In this document: piece after piece, positions 12,500-25,322 of the stretch
Layout of the letters: every line of letters begins with the position of its first letter
Position numbering within the stretch: position 1 is the stretch's first letter
Origin: Mytilus californianus
Taxonomy: Eukaryota
NCBI RefSeq assembly: GCF_021869535.1
Contig: NW_026262593.1
Coordinates: 13,268,001 to 13,332,000 of the forward strand
Length of the DNA stretch: 64,000 nt
Direction of reading: 5' to 3'
Notes under the pieces: generated by a model
What the model was told of the DNA's origin: nothing
What the model saw: only the letters and a program-made list of their open reading frames with translations
Databases searched by the model: none
Made by a program: the position numbers and the translations under genes

Positions 12500-13760
12500 A
12501 AAATAGAAGCATACGCTATTAATCATTGTCTCGAGATTCCATACGGCATATTTTGTTAATAGTGCACAAAAAAGTTAAACATGCTTCACAGAGGAACATA
12601 TGTATGCTGGAGTTTCTTATTGACAACATATTTGTTGAATTTGGAGGTATACTTTTTTCAAAACATTGTCGGGATTTCTATGGGTACGAACTGTGCGCCT
12701 CTCTTTGGCGACCTCTTCTTATTTTCATATTATTCGGAGTTCCGTCAGACGCAGTTCCTTTTCAAAAACAGGAAGATCCAAGAAGTCAGACAATTTAATT
12801 TCTCGTTCAGATATTGATGAAGTTCTTTCTATAAACAATCCAAACTTTTCTGATTGGGTTCCAATAATATATCCTCCAGAACTAGAAATTAAAGATACAA
12901 CAGATACAGCTCCCTCTGTCTCTTTTTAAAACTTTGACATTAGCTGTCATTGCAGTACCAGAATCAATGGCATTCTTTTACTTGAGGGGTGCCTACATTT
13001 TTTTGGATTTTACTTTAGGGGTCCCGCTCTATAAAAGTAAGTTATTTGTTATAACATTAATTATTAACTTCTTAACCTGTTGTGAGTGTATTAGTTTTAC
13101 ATCCTCATATCCTTTTATGTGGTTTCTGTCGTATAGATTTTGAAATCGAGATTTTATTTCAAGATAAAAAATTTGTGACCCCTCAAGTAAAATAGTGCTA
13201 TAATGAATTCTCTTACTTTAGGGATCCTACATCCTACGGTATATATAGATAATTTTGATGGGACACTCAGGTAAAAGAGTGCAATAAATCCTTCATTTTT
13301 TAAGGCTCCCACAATCTATAAACAAGCCAGTACTATATAAAGAATCAATACACCAGTATAGTATATGATGAAACAACAGCAAAACGAATTTTAAATACAC
13401 TATATCTTGAGTTCACATCCATTTTTTAACAGTAATGTTGTGATCCCTAAAGTAAAAGAAGGCCAAATCTATGACAACTGAGACGATTTTAATTTTAAAA
13501 TTATAACCCCCCCCCCCCCCCCCCCCCCTTAGCAGCAATATACCAACTTCACGCGCATATGGGATATACATTTCTCAGCTCATTATGTATGCAAGAGCTT
13601 GTAGCTGCTACTCGATCAGACTTTATAAATCGTCTCCAGTGTCTGAGCAGAAAGTTGATGGGCCAAGGTTATGTCAAAGAACGTCTCGTCCTTTTTCTAA
13701 AAAGGTTCAATGGAAGATACCAAGACGTTGTTGATAAATATTCCGTATCAACATCACAAA
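12500..13760 (+). mobile_element. Penelope-like retroelement RT fragment (frameshifted), split by a MITE
   Basis: Translations LEFLIDNIFVEFGG, VGISMGTNCAPLFGDLFL, IDEVLSINNPNF, IYPPELEIKDTT and, after the insertion, QGYVKERLVLFLKRFNGRYQDVVDKY are typical PLE RT motifs. Confidence 0.85.
12969..13464. mobile_element. 496-bp MITE with ~23-bp imperfect TIRs and an 8-bp TSD (hAT-like)
   Basis: The left end ggcattcttttacttgaggggt is approximately the reverse complement of the right end gatccctaaagtaaaagaaggcc. Flanks gaatcaat (12961-12968) and aaatctat (13465-13472) match 6/8. The Penelope RT reading resumes after the element. Confidence 0.7.
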
Positions 13761-16029
13761 TAATACATGATGGTATGTTAAAGTGTTCTTTTTATTTGTC
13801 TTTGTATAGTTGTAATCTTTCCTGTTTATTCCATTTTTGGTTATATACTTTTGGCGTGGCTAGGTACTTATACAGCCGGTCATTGTGTTATTGTGCTATG
13901 ATCATTTTTGTATTCTTGTCGTTCATGTTTGTTTAAAGAGTGTATATATATGCTATTTTGTTTTTCGTTGTTAAAATAGTTATTTCTTTTTATAATGAAC
14001 AAGATTTAACACAATTTTGACTGCTGTGCCCAAATTTTTGACAGTTTAACTTATCATGTCTGTCTGGTTTGCTCAAACATTGTTGTCAGTATAATGGAAT
14101 TCAACGCGACTGTCATACAAGTGAAAGTTTTAGCTAGCTATAAAACCAGGTGTAATCCACCATTTTCTACATAAGGAAAGCCTGTACCAAGTCAGGAATA
14201 TGACAGTTGTTATCCATTCGTTTGATGTGTATGAGCGTTTGATTTTGACATTTGATAAAGAACTTTCCGATTTGAATTTTCCTTGGTATTTTTGTTATTT
14301 TAATTTGTAAATGTATTTAGTTATACTTTAAGTTACCTTTTGGTCGTATATCTCGTTACGTGTTTATGTAGTTATACATCTTTGGATTTCAATGTCTTGG
14401 GTATGAGCGTTCCTGAAGAAGGTAACTCAAGAGCAACAAATCTACAAAGTGTTTCATTTTTCGTAGTTAGCTTTTGTTTTGTCACATACAACACATTAAA
14501 TCCATAGCATTCGCTAAAACACAACATACGCTAATAGTTTTGAACATTGTAATGTATGGACCATCATCAGGATAATATATATGAATTATTGAAGTTTAAT
14601 AACTCAAAAATCAAATAGGAATAAGACAAAGGGGTTATTGGAAGAAAGCTAAACAATCGTGTAAAGAACGAAAATTTAACGGATCAACTCCAGCAATGGA
14701 CCAGTGCAACTGTATATGTTTTGGGCATTGTACAAGGAATTGGAGATTACTGAACTGAAAAATATGATGAAGAAAATATTGTGTTAATGATATAAAAGAC
14801 ATCTTACTATATTTAAAGAATCATTCTAACAGCCAAAACATTTATTTGGTCGGGTTGTTGTCTCTTTGACACATTCCAGATTTCCATTCACAATTGTATT
14901 GCACATATTTTCATGTATAAACTGCATGTATGTAGTTCCTGAGAAATATGGTTTACATAGATATAGGATTTTAAACTAGACAAAGCAAAAGAGAAATTGA
15001 ATCATTTGTGAATGAAAAGGGTGTATGAGAAATGATTGTTATAAGGAAATATGTTATACATGTAGCTGTAAAATCGTTTTGGTTATTAATTGTCTATGGA
15101 ATTGAAAACTTGTATCTCAAAAATATATCAGTGCATTTGGCTCACACATGATAGTTTCTTCAACAAACAGTGGAGGAAGTAATATTTGTGAAAGTTTTTA
15201 AAAATATCAACGATTCTATAAGGTTATCATCAAATGTTAAAAAGTAAATTGTGGGGTCTAACGAATAAGTCAGAAACAAATAAGAAAACAGTCTGTATGA
15301 GATAATACATTCAGTAACATTTTAACATAAAGCTATTTGTTTTAATTTGAATTAAAAGCGGCTTAATTATGTAAATGATTTCCTAGATTATAAGACATGT
15401 GTTTCTCTAGATGCTTTTTTAAATAAGTAAAGAATAAATTAAACTGGAAGCTGAAATGAATTTATTAAAGAAATCAATACGAATAAGGTGAATCCCATTT
15501 TCTAGATAAGGAAATGCCTATACCAAGTCAGGGATATGGTCATTGTTTTCCATTCGTTTGATTGATTTTGCCATTTGATAAAGGACTTTCCGTTTTGAAT
15601 TTTCATTGGAGTTCTGTATTTTTGTTGTTTTACTTTTCGCCATCTTCGGAAAAGTCAATTAACAACACAGTTTAACTAACATGGAATGCTAAAATCCACA
15701 TTCGGCAACTTATGAGTACAGAGATTCAGAATTAATACGAACAAATCATCTTAAACATTTCAAAATGGGAGAACCAATCTCCTTCATAAACCAAAAGTAT
15801 TATCACGCTTTGTTTGAGTCGATCATGTCTATTCTATTTGTCAAAAGCAAGATTGATCTCTTAGGAAGACTTTTCCTGAACAATAATAACATATTTAAGC
15901 AATTCTATGTACCGGGTGACCAGGATATACATTTAAACAAAAATGTACTTGTATATAGAATGACTGTTTGTATGTGATAACGAATCTTATATCTATTCAA
16001 AAAAAATGATTAGATGCACAGAAAAATTA

Positions 16030-16660
16030 GATTATATGCTTATTATAAAATAGGGTGTGGTTTGATTGCCAATGAGACAAATATCCACCAAATTAAGTGG
16101 ATGCAAGCAATCATCGGCAACCTTACGGCCTTTAGCAATGAGAAAATCCAGTACCGTATAGTCTGCTATAAAGGCTCCGATATGACAAAAAGTGAAACAA
16201 TTCAATTGAGAAAACAAACGGCCTAATTTATAGCAGAGCAATTTACGTACAACAAAATACGACAGGCATTAACCAACGACAACCACTGAACTACAGGCTC
16301 CTGGCTTGGGACAGGCACATATAGAATGAGGCGGACTTTAACATGTTTGAAGACGCCAGCCGTCCCCTAACCTGGGACAGTGATATAACCGTCCAAAATA
16401 AGAACAAACTATAAAATTCAGATGAAAAGGGCTTAACTCATCAGACCCATACAAAACGGAAAAACATAAGAACAAAAACACAGACCGGACGTGGCAGGGC
16501 ATTTATACATCCTAAAATCAAAAACAAAAACACAAAGTACAGATGTGAGAGTATTTGTATTTACTGACAGCTAGTTCTCAAAGCCAATAACAACTTATAA
16601 ATTATCCTGTATCTAAGACTTAAATATCAATCAATACACATCCAACACCCAATGGATTTA
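16030..16660 (+). repeat. Dispersed repeat family B; other copies at ~17985-18330 (+), ~47130-47870 (-), ~51930-52030 (-), fragment ~1640-1690
   Basis: Shared blocks gtggtatgattgccaatgagacaa, caaccactgaactacaggctcctg and cccctaacctgggacagtg recur in both orientations. Confidence 0.8.
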
Positions 16661-16799
16661 AGTTTTCTACATTTGCTCATTGTGAAGCAGACTGCTATTT
16701 CTGCGATGAGGAATGGTTTCTTATAATGGGTGAAAACATGAATAGAAGAAGTGAAATGATTAATCCAAAAGATGTTAATCTCCCATTGTTATCATATCA

Positions 16800-17125
16800 C
16801 AATTCCTTATTTTCAAATTGAGATGAATGATGCTATAGACATTAGAAGGTATGCGACATATCTTGATATTTTCCTCGCCATTGGCAGAAGGACGGGTTTA
16901 GCCTAGAATATATGACAAACGCGATGATTTCAACTTTCCAATTGTAACCTTTCATTTCATAGCAGTAAAATACTCTTTCGTATACTGTTTAGATATATCA
17001 GTTAAAACGTTTGGATCGTGCATGTTCATACTATAAGGACTTCATTAACAGATTTGTGCTTCTTACAAAATGACACTTTTACGGTCATCATCACCAATTA
17101 GTTGACGATACGATGTGTCGGTGTC
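16800..17125 (+). mobile_element. Highly decayed Penelope RT C-terminal fragment
   Basis: tatgacaaacgcgatgatttcaactttccaattgtaac (YDKRDDFNFPIV-like) and downstream blocks are homologous to 41820-42120. Confidence 0.6.
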
Positions 17126-18332
17126 TTAACTAACTAGTGACATGATTTCGCGCTCATGGATCTTAAGATTCCAGTATAGCCGTCTGATCTCGAATTTCAT
17201 CGATTGCGATCTCTGCGATTGTGACGTTTTGGTTGAGCATGAATTTGCATGGCGGTTGATGCATGTATATAAGGAGACGCTTACCCTATCAAAGCACTGG
17301 CTCTCGCTTTTCTTGGAATACATACGATTCCCTCGGTTTGCCTAATTTGAACATCGATAAACTACATTCGTCTAGATGAAAAAGAAAATATCGTCAGCCG
17401 TTCATGATTTGTGATCTGGTTATTTTTTTTCTTAAACTTATGATAGGTCATCATTTTACATTATAAACAAATGCGTAATGATAAGTTGCAACATATAAGT
17501 ATACCGGACAACAGAAAAATGTAAAAACTACTCAAAATAAAACAATTAAAAATTTAGTAAAAAAAAAAACGACCCGTGGAATATAAATATAATACACTTC
17601 ATGTCTTATATAGTTCAGACAGAATTTGTCAAGTGGCACATTAGATTTAAAAAGTAAACACAATAGTATACTTAGTGTCCAATTATTCCATATGAAATAT
17701 ATGGAAAGATTAACATTGTCATGTACATTTTATCATCTCAATCAAATTAAACATATTGAATGTCAAACATAACTGTACATTTTCGAAATAATTGTTTATT
17801 GCAGCGTTGAGATAAACAGTTAAATACTTTAATAAATTGGGTATATCGTGGCACAAAAACTAGAGGAACTACTCAAGAAAGAAACAACTCGTAGTTTTAG
17901 ATCTCAAGAAACCAAGAAATGGACGTTTTAACTGTTTATTACAATTTGTGTCTTATTCCGTATCGGGACAATTTGGATGATATAAACATAAGGAGATTAA
18001 GGTATGATTGCCAATTAGACAACAATCCACCAGAGTACAAACGACGTAGATGTAAGCAATGAAAGATCACCAACGGCTCAATGAGAAAGATCCATATTGT
18101 ATAGGATATTATAAAAGGCCCCGACATGAAAAATGAGAAACAATTTTTATGAGAATTAACGACCTATTTTATAACAATACAGTTTATGAAATACAGATAT
18201 GACAGACATGGTCCAACGACGGTCACTGCAGTTCCTGACTTAACACGTGCACATAAATCATGTGGCGGAATTAAACATGTTCGTGGACGCTCAATCCTCC
18301 CCTAACCTCGGACAGTGGTGTAAGAGTACATT

Positions 18333-18335
<3 letters not shown>

Positions 18336-18385
<50 letters not shown>
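18336..18385. repeat. (AG)n microsatellite, about 24 units
   Basis: Directly visible at the 3' end of a family B repeat copy. Confidence 0.95.
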
Positions 18386-18387
<2 letters not shown>

Positions 18388-19006
18388 CGATTCTAGAAAA
18401 ATCATTTCTAGACTTTAAAATTTAAAAAAAAAAAAGATTTTCTCACAGGGTCAAAAGTTAAAACATCAAAATAGTTCTAGTTTACAAGACATATGTATGT
18501 ACAAAATGCAGTTAACCTTCTCGTCACCATGACATGTCATAATTAAGTTAGCAATACAATGCACCAGTCGACATTCCATGATCAAAATAAGTTTAACAGA
18601 GTCAATCTAGGTGTATGAATTTCTTGGTAAAGGCTTTTTTTGAAAAATAATGTAACAAGTTTCTTTTGTTAGCAAAATACCAAAAATAGACAATATTGAG
18701 TTAAGATGTAATTCACAAACAAATCATTAAATAGTAATAAAGAATAGTTTATTCATATTTAAACTATGACCTGGTTTACATTTTTCACTGAAATATCAGA
18801 AAACTCCCTGTAGAACTTATGAATATATAGCTTTTGTGAATCTGATAAGAATGTGGCACTTGACAAATTATACTGTCTAACAATGAAATTGAACAATTTA
18901 TTTTAAACATTCGTTATTACAATTGGTCATTTAATCAATAATCGAAAGGTTATTCAAAATCCATAAACTTGTATCACGGTAATATACTAATTTCAAATTG
19001 TTTAAA

Positions 19007-19307
19007 ATGGAATTTTCACCTTTTTGGCGCTTTCGCTTGTTAACCATTTTCATCAGCATTTGTCTAGTTAATGTTGGTAAATGTGACTGTGGTGACGGGA
19101 TAAAGGAGTGTCAGTATAGAGAATGGTCCTCATGGGGAAGCTGTAACAAGTCAGTAAATACTACAAAGAGAAGTCGTGCAATTTGCTGTCCACCTGCCAT
19201 TAAGATTTACGATGCATGCCTTACGCATTGTAACATAACAACTAACCCATTACAGGCGTTTGAAGAAAGGAATTGTAATGCCATTTTCAAGACGAGCAAC
19301 AGTAAAT
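19007..19307 (+). CDS. First exon A: signal peptide + TSP1-like cysteine-rich domain
   Basis: MEFSPFWRFRLLTIFISICLVNVGKC...CQYREWSSWGSCN...RSRAICCP...CLTHCNI...EERNCN. 301 nt, ending at a phase-1 donor AAAT|gtaggt. Confidence 0.7.
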
Positions 19308-19891
19308 GTAGGTAGAATGATAAAATAAAAAAATGAAGCTTTTTGTGTTGTTTGAAGCATACACAGTTTAAGCATATATGCATGAAGTTTTTGACCGAGC
19401 GAAACTGGCAAGTTCAATATATGGAAACAAGTAATTAAGAATTCAACATATATGTTGGTTTTTTTTTCGAAATATTTGTCAATGACCTCATGAAAGGTGC
19501 ATTATAAAGTCATGTGCCGCCCGAATCAAATTAATTATCAACGGGTTCTGAAAGAAGGGTTTTATGGAAATTGTGACTGTAAAGGCGATTTCGAAATTTG
19601 TGCCGTAATGGAAACAGTTTTGATACTTGATAATACAATTGTTGAGCGCCAGATGAATAAAAATAACAAAGAAGCAATTTATAAAATAGAGAAATTGAAA
19701 CCACCTCAATTTTGAAATGAAAATCAGTTGTGTTCCCTGATTTTTTTTCTTGATAACTGAATTTAAACATTTACATAAGTTTAATTGGTAGCATTAGTCT
19801 TAAATAATTCCTTTTTTGACAGTACCGTTATCGAACGGACGTCGTTGATAGATAAAACTTTAAACAATCACTTTGAAATTTTAGTGACAGA

Positions 19892-20192
19892 ATGAATACG
19901 TTTTTGTTCAAGTTTTTCTTTAAGATAGGAATATTAAGTTGTATCTCGCTCGTAATTGGAGACGTAGGAAAATGTCCAAGTGGGACACAATTTTGTCATT
20001 ATAGTCCTTGGCTTCCATGGGAAAGTTGTAATTTGACAAGCTCTGGAGAGTTCAAGCAGACCAGACAGCGAAAACTATGTTGTAAGATTATAAAGGACTG
20101 CTTCAAGACTTGTAATATCAGTAGTAGCACTTATGGATCCATGATCAAGGAAGAAAGGATGTGTATAGATGGAATAGCTGAATCAACAAAAT
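19892..20192 (+). CDS. First exon B: signal peptide + TSP1-like cysteine-rich domain (paralog of exon A)
   Basis: MNTFLFKFFFKIGILSCISLVIGDVGKC...CHYSPWLPWESCN...QTRQRKLCC...CFKTCNI...EERMC. 301 nt, with the same phase-1 donor AAAT|gtaggt. Confidence 0.75.
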
Positions 20193-20540
20193 GTAGGTAC
20201 TTTCTCTCTCGGCCCCATCCCCTATGGAATTTACTAACCCTCTATTGGTCCGTAGGAGGGCAGTAGGAAACCATATAACTTATAATATCTGCTCCTGCAA
20301 TTGTACCGCATGCCCACCTTCTTCAAGAGACATACTAGCATATTGGCTGGTAAATGACGTCACAGAGGCGATTTTGAAGATTTTTTCGGTGAAGATACGG
20401 CACTGAACAAACGTGTTATAGATTCAATTTTACTGTGCTAATTTTTTAAAGGAAATAATGATTTCTTATGTCAATTTGTCAATAAACATATACACAATTA
20501 TACTCCGGGTGTGATGCATAGATTGTTTCCTTTTTTACAG

Positions 20541-23500
20541 CATCCACTGGAATGATAGTTGGAATTTGTTTTGGAGTTCTGATTCTCTTACTAACTGCAC
20601 TCGCTGTGACTTTGGTGCTGCTACACAGGTATAAATAGAAAAATAACGAGATATAAAAAAAAAAAAAATCATTTATTCGTCAAGATTATCTGAGTTGATT
20701 TTTCGATGCTAATGAACCCCATATAAAAGTTAAGTGCTCTGACATCCAGCTTTTTATGTTACTACATGTACCCTATGTATATAAATCATGTTATAAGAAG
20801 AACAATGACTTACGTTTTTCTATTGGTCATTTGTTATTCTAACGATTACGATTACATAGGACATTTGCATACTAAAAGTAAACAACACCTACATGTAAGA
20901 ATCCCTGCACATGTTGATGTGTTTGTCTTAAATAAGGAGCCTTTTCAGTGTTTGACATTAATATTGTATTGTTTCTAAGTTTTTGTCTTACACAAATGTC
21001 GAGGTAGCGAGACGTAACGATCATGGTTTAAGTTTTATTTATACATTAATAACTTTGGAATTTTATGAAATTTGGGCAGAAGTTTGTTAATTACCAAATG
21101 TAGATTTTTTACGTATTTACTGATAAATGGGCTTAATTTTTTGCATTTAACATTTAAAGATGAAAATAATGTTGACATGATAAATTTGTTTATCGTCCTT
21201 CACTACGCCTATATCACCCTGGTCACTCACTTCGTAATTCTCGTATCACGGCTTTGAGACGAGAGCAGGCATTATCAGCGACGTCACAATGTCTTAGGAG
21301 AAGTTATCACCGACGTCACATTTGTCTTAGGAGAAATTATCAGCGACGTCACAATGTGTGAAGAGACGTTATCAAACTTGCTTTCGTCAAGCGTTAAACG
21401 GACTTAGGGAGGGAGAAAAGACCAGTAATAGAACGATAAACAGATAATCGGGTTTTCTTCGTATAGATATCGTAAAATATCAGCCGCTCGACACAATGTG
21501 AACCTTTTAAGCTCGTTTGCTGCGCTCACTCGTCAAAAAGGTCCACATTGTGGCTCGCAGCTATTTTACGATATATATCAATGTGTAGAAAACCGATAAT
21601 TTATACAAAAGTTCATGGATTGTTATGAATCTTGAACAGAAGCTAATCTTCAAGATGAAGAACAAGCATCTGAAGATAAATGTTTGATTACAATTTTTTT
21701 TAACTTTATAAATAAGACTTACTTTTTACAGTCGATATTACATTTTTTCACTCACAACAGCAATCGCAGGCGAGAAACACGGTTCTGCTTACGAATTTTG
21801 TTTTAACTCGACACAATTTAAAACTTGAAATAAGTTTAAATGTCAATCGACACCAAAATATAAAACACAAATCAGACATTTTAAGGACATCATACGGTCT
21901 CCGGCAATTAAACAGTGTCAACACAATACATTATACATTATGTTAAAATGTCAGATTGTTTTGGGTCATACGATGGTGATAATCAACTTATTATACATCA
22001 ATAATTTTGAAGTTCTACGTTTCGGCCGAAAAAAAAACCATTCATTTGACAATGTTTTTTTCGGGGTAGCAATATGCTCTACCACTCTCTCAGCTATGTG
22101 TTATTTATATATTAATGTTAAAATCGCTCCGAGTTTAAAATGTATATAAAATGATAATTGGTGCATGTAAGTACATCATGAATGATTTTGGCGTGACGGC
22201 TTCAATCATGAGTATGATGAATCGAATTTCGGCATGTACTAATACAATGTTAAATCATTATCTTTAGTATTTAGGTGAAATATGTCTCGTTGCGCGCTGT
22301 TATTCTCCAAGATGATCATCTACTCAGTAGTCAGGGCTTCAATGAACGTATTTTATCAATATAACAATTCCATGGTGCTTCGCTACTGACAAGATTTTGA
22401 ACAAACTTAAATTCTACTTTGATTAGATTAGAAATTGTTATGAAACAAATGTGTCAACTTTGTCCTAAGATGAGTTTGGCTTTTTCCTCCTCATGGTCAT
22501 ACAAGTTAGTCCTTCACGTGTTTAGATCTTATTCATCCTTGGCTTCTTTTTTTTTTGGTTTGGGCGTTCCTGATGAAGGTAAATCTAGAAAAGCGCTTCC
22601 TACGCAATAAATAAATTGTTAATGCATAAAGTTGCTTCTGATTCTAAAGTCGAGACTACTTTATTTCACAGTTTAAAAATGGCGGTGAACATTTTGACGT
22701 AGCAATTGTACTTAGTTTAAAGGAATGCTACACGTTAAATATGTTTAATAATTTTGCTATACCTTACTGTGCCCTTTTATAATAACAATTGCTTAAATAT
22801 TTTACCAAAATTGCAGTTTGAATTTATATCTATAAACTAATATAGCTAAGTATCAATCAAGTATAGTGTAATAATATCAGATTATTACATGGCATTTTTC
22901 ATATCAGATGTATTATCAGCCATATTGACATTACTTTCTCGTCAAATATAAAAATATATTATACTGTTGTTATTCCTCTCTTTTGAGACATATGATAGAA
23001 ATATTTCATATCGGATGTATTACATTTTCTCCATTGTTGAAGCATATGATAAAAAGATCATAACATGTCATTTTTCATATCAGATGTATTATCAGCACTC
23101 GAGCCTTAGGCTCTTCGGCTGATATTGAACCTTGGACTTATAGTATATCTGGTATGAAAAAATGCCATGTAATAATCTGATAATATCAGCCCGCTAAACA
23201 CCATTTCGGAAAATATGGAATTCACGTAAATTTTATGCTATTATTATACAGTAAAAATTATAAGTTATTTACTCAAAGTATATGATAACAAATATTTTCA
23301 TCAATACTTTTATCGTGTTTGACTGTACCTAAGTCTTTGATTTTTCAAGCAAAGTTTGTGCTTTGTCTTCATAATTTCGATTTTGGATTACAAATTTAAC
23401 AGAAAAGGTATCTTTTTATGATTTTTAACTATAAGCGGTTAAGACCAATCTGAATCAAATTCACATCCTGTAACCATACTTTGCGTCCAAGGAGAATCGT

Positions 23501-23742
23501 GGACACGGGCTCTATATTTTTCAACCAAATTGTTCTATAACTGACGTTATAAATGCCATCATTACTCCTTTTTTAAATATAGTATGTTAAATGCTAGTTG
23601 CTATATGATAAAAGGCGAAATTGTGAAAATGTTGATTTTTTATTTTTTCTCTTCTTTCTTTCTTAGGTTTAAGAAGATTGCACTGTTCACAAGATTGAGA
23701 GCAATTTGGCATAAAGACGCCGATACAAAAACAGAAACTTAA
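20541..23742 (+). CDS. Shared TM exon (20541-20628) and cytoplasmic-tail exon (23667-23742) of a 154-aa TSP1-like type I membrane protein
   Basis: Acceptor ttttttacag|20541 gives STGMIVGICFGVLILLLTALAVTLVLLH-R, followed by a phase-2 donor. A strong acceptor ttctttcttag|23667 gives RFKKIALFTRLRAIWHKDADTKTET*. Phases are consistent (301+88+76=465 nt). Confidence 0.75.
21271..21372. repeat. Three ~33-bp tandem units (ttatcagcgacgtcacaatgtcttaggaga)
   Basis: Directly visible. Confidence 0.85.
21449..21595. mobile_element. ~150-bp imperfect palindrome (small foldback element)
   Basis: Arms ggttttct..atatcgtaaaata..cacaatgtgaacctttt and aaaaggtccacattgtg..tattttacgatat..agaaaacc surround a ctcg..gctgcgctc..ctcg core. 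Confidence 0.75.
22307..22612 (+). mobile_element. Degenerate retrozyme copy with a probably inactive hammerhead (22564-22605)
   Basis: GCGTTC CTGATGA aggtaaatcta GAAA AGCGCT TC is intact, but the stem I 3' strand is CTACGC instead of GGACGC. Confidence 0.7.
22875..23182. mobile_element. Palindromic MITE with ~35-bp TIRs and TA ends
   Basis: tatcagattattacatggcatttttcatatcagat (22875-22909) pairs with atctggtatgaaaaaatgccatgtaataatctgata (23147-23182). There is an internal gagcc-ttag-gctc hairpin. Confidence 0.75.
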
Positions 23743-25064
23743 CTCTGAAAGTGATTGCAGATGAACTTAAATATCTACATTGTTAGCAGATGAAGCAATA
23801 AAAGTTGATCAACAAAAAGCAATCATAGTGTTAATTTACAAAAAAAAAAAAACACCAATTAAACAATAATTCATAACAGCTAAACTGTCTTAGAGTCTAT
23901 TCACATTCTACCTGTCCTAATACCAAATCATATTTTTAGTCAGATTGGATTTAATACCCTCCTCACTAAATGCTTATTCTATTGAGACCAAAAGCATAGC
24001 CACAACATTGACAAAAACTTCTTTTTACCACGGTCATAGCTTCAAATGAGGCAACCGAAACATCAGCCGCGACTAGTAGCCGTAATGTGTACTTTACTTC
24101 TAAAGTTATGATTTGCCTATATATTTAGCGTCTGCTTATATATTTCAACGAAAACGTGGCCTTATCAAAGAAAAACTGTCAATTATTCCATTATTTTCGT
24201 CCGTCGTCCGGTGTTACCTATGGTGAACATTTGATTTTATTACCACTTAAAGATCTGTTTTTATTTTTCCGTGATTATAACAAAAAATTTAAATTATCAT
24301 GATCTTTGGTCGGACTTTTCCGCTCGTTGTCTGTTTAAAGATTTTTATTTTCTTTCTTAGGTATTTGTCTTTATAAGAATCATGCAGGTTCCTGTTGATT
24401 CACGATTCATGACTTTTCTTCAAATGTCTTTACATTTGGTTTTTTAAGAAGGTATAGGGTGAAATTAATTTTCCTTATTATTTTTTTCTTTTTAACCTTT
24501 GTTCACTCCGAACAACATTTTTCCCTAAAAAGGTGGGAAAAGTAACCTTTGAAAATTTATTCAAAAATGTAAAGAATATAAATTTCCCTTATAGATTGTT
24601 TCCATAACAACCATATAGAAATACGTTAAAATACTGTAAAAGTGTTTTGAAAATAAAATGATTTGCGTATATACCGAACCTTTTTCCCAGCAACTTAGTC
24701 GAAACACAGGTACTAGTATTATTTTTTAATGCTTAAATTTGTCAAACATTTATTGAATTTATGAAACTTACAGCGACGCTTCTTCAAGATGGAGATAAAA
24801 GATCTGTTCCCATGAATTCCATATTTAACATATTATAATGAAAAATTGACTTATATTATTTGGAATCAACATTAGGAAATGAATCATACAGTCTAGGATT
24901 AAAGTTTTAAAAACATTAACCTTTTTGAAACCATCATTGAGTTTCAGGAAACTTTTACTGAAGCTTCTTCATAGCCATTTAGATTAGAATTAACAACAAT
25001 GATACATATACTTAGTTCTTCTTCTTTTGTACTCAACAATTACATGTCGGTACATTTTTGCACC

Positions 25065-25322
25065 TGTCCCAAGTCAGGAGCCTCTGGCCTTTGTTATTCT
25101 AGTATGTTTTTCAATTTTAGTTCATTGATATGTTTTAGAGTTTAGTGTGACGTCAATTTTCACTGAACTAGCGCACAATTTTATTTAGGGGCCAGCTGAG
25201 GACCACCTCCGAGTGCAGGATTTTCTCGCTGCATTGAAGACCCATTGGTGGACTTCGGCTGTTGTCTACTCTTTGGTCGGGTTGTTGTCTCTTTGACATA
25301 TTCCCCATTTCCATTCTTAATT
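25065..25322 (+). repeat. Dispersed repeat family C; other copy at ~59515-59705, fragment ~14845-14895
   Basis: Shared ...tttctcgctgcattgaagacccattggtgg...ggtcgggttgt.gtctctttgacacattccccatttccattct. Confidence 0.85.

Noticed and set aside
14620-14760. Frame reading GYWKKAKQSCKERK..CNCICFGHC, reminiscent of a C-type lectin start
   Set aside because: It is short, has no ATG or clear splice sites, and no further lectin motifs follow.
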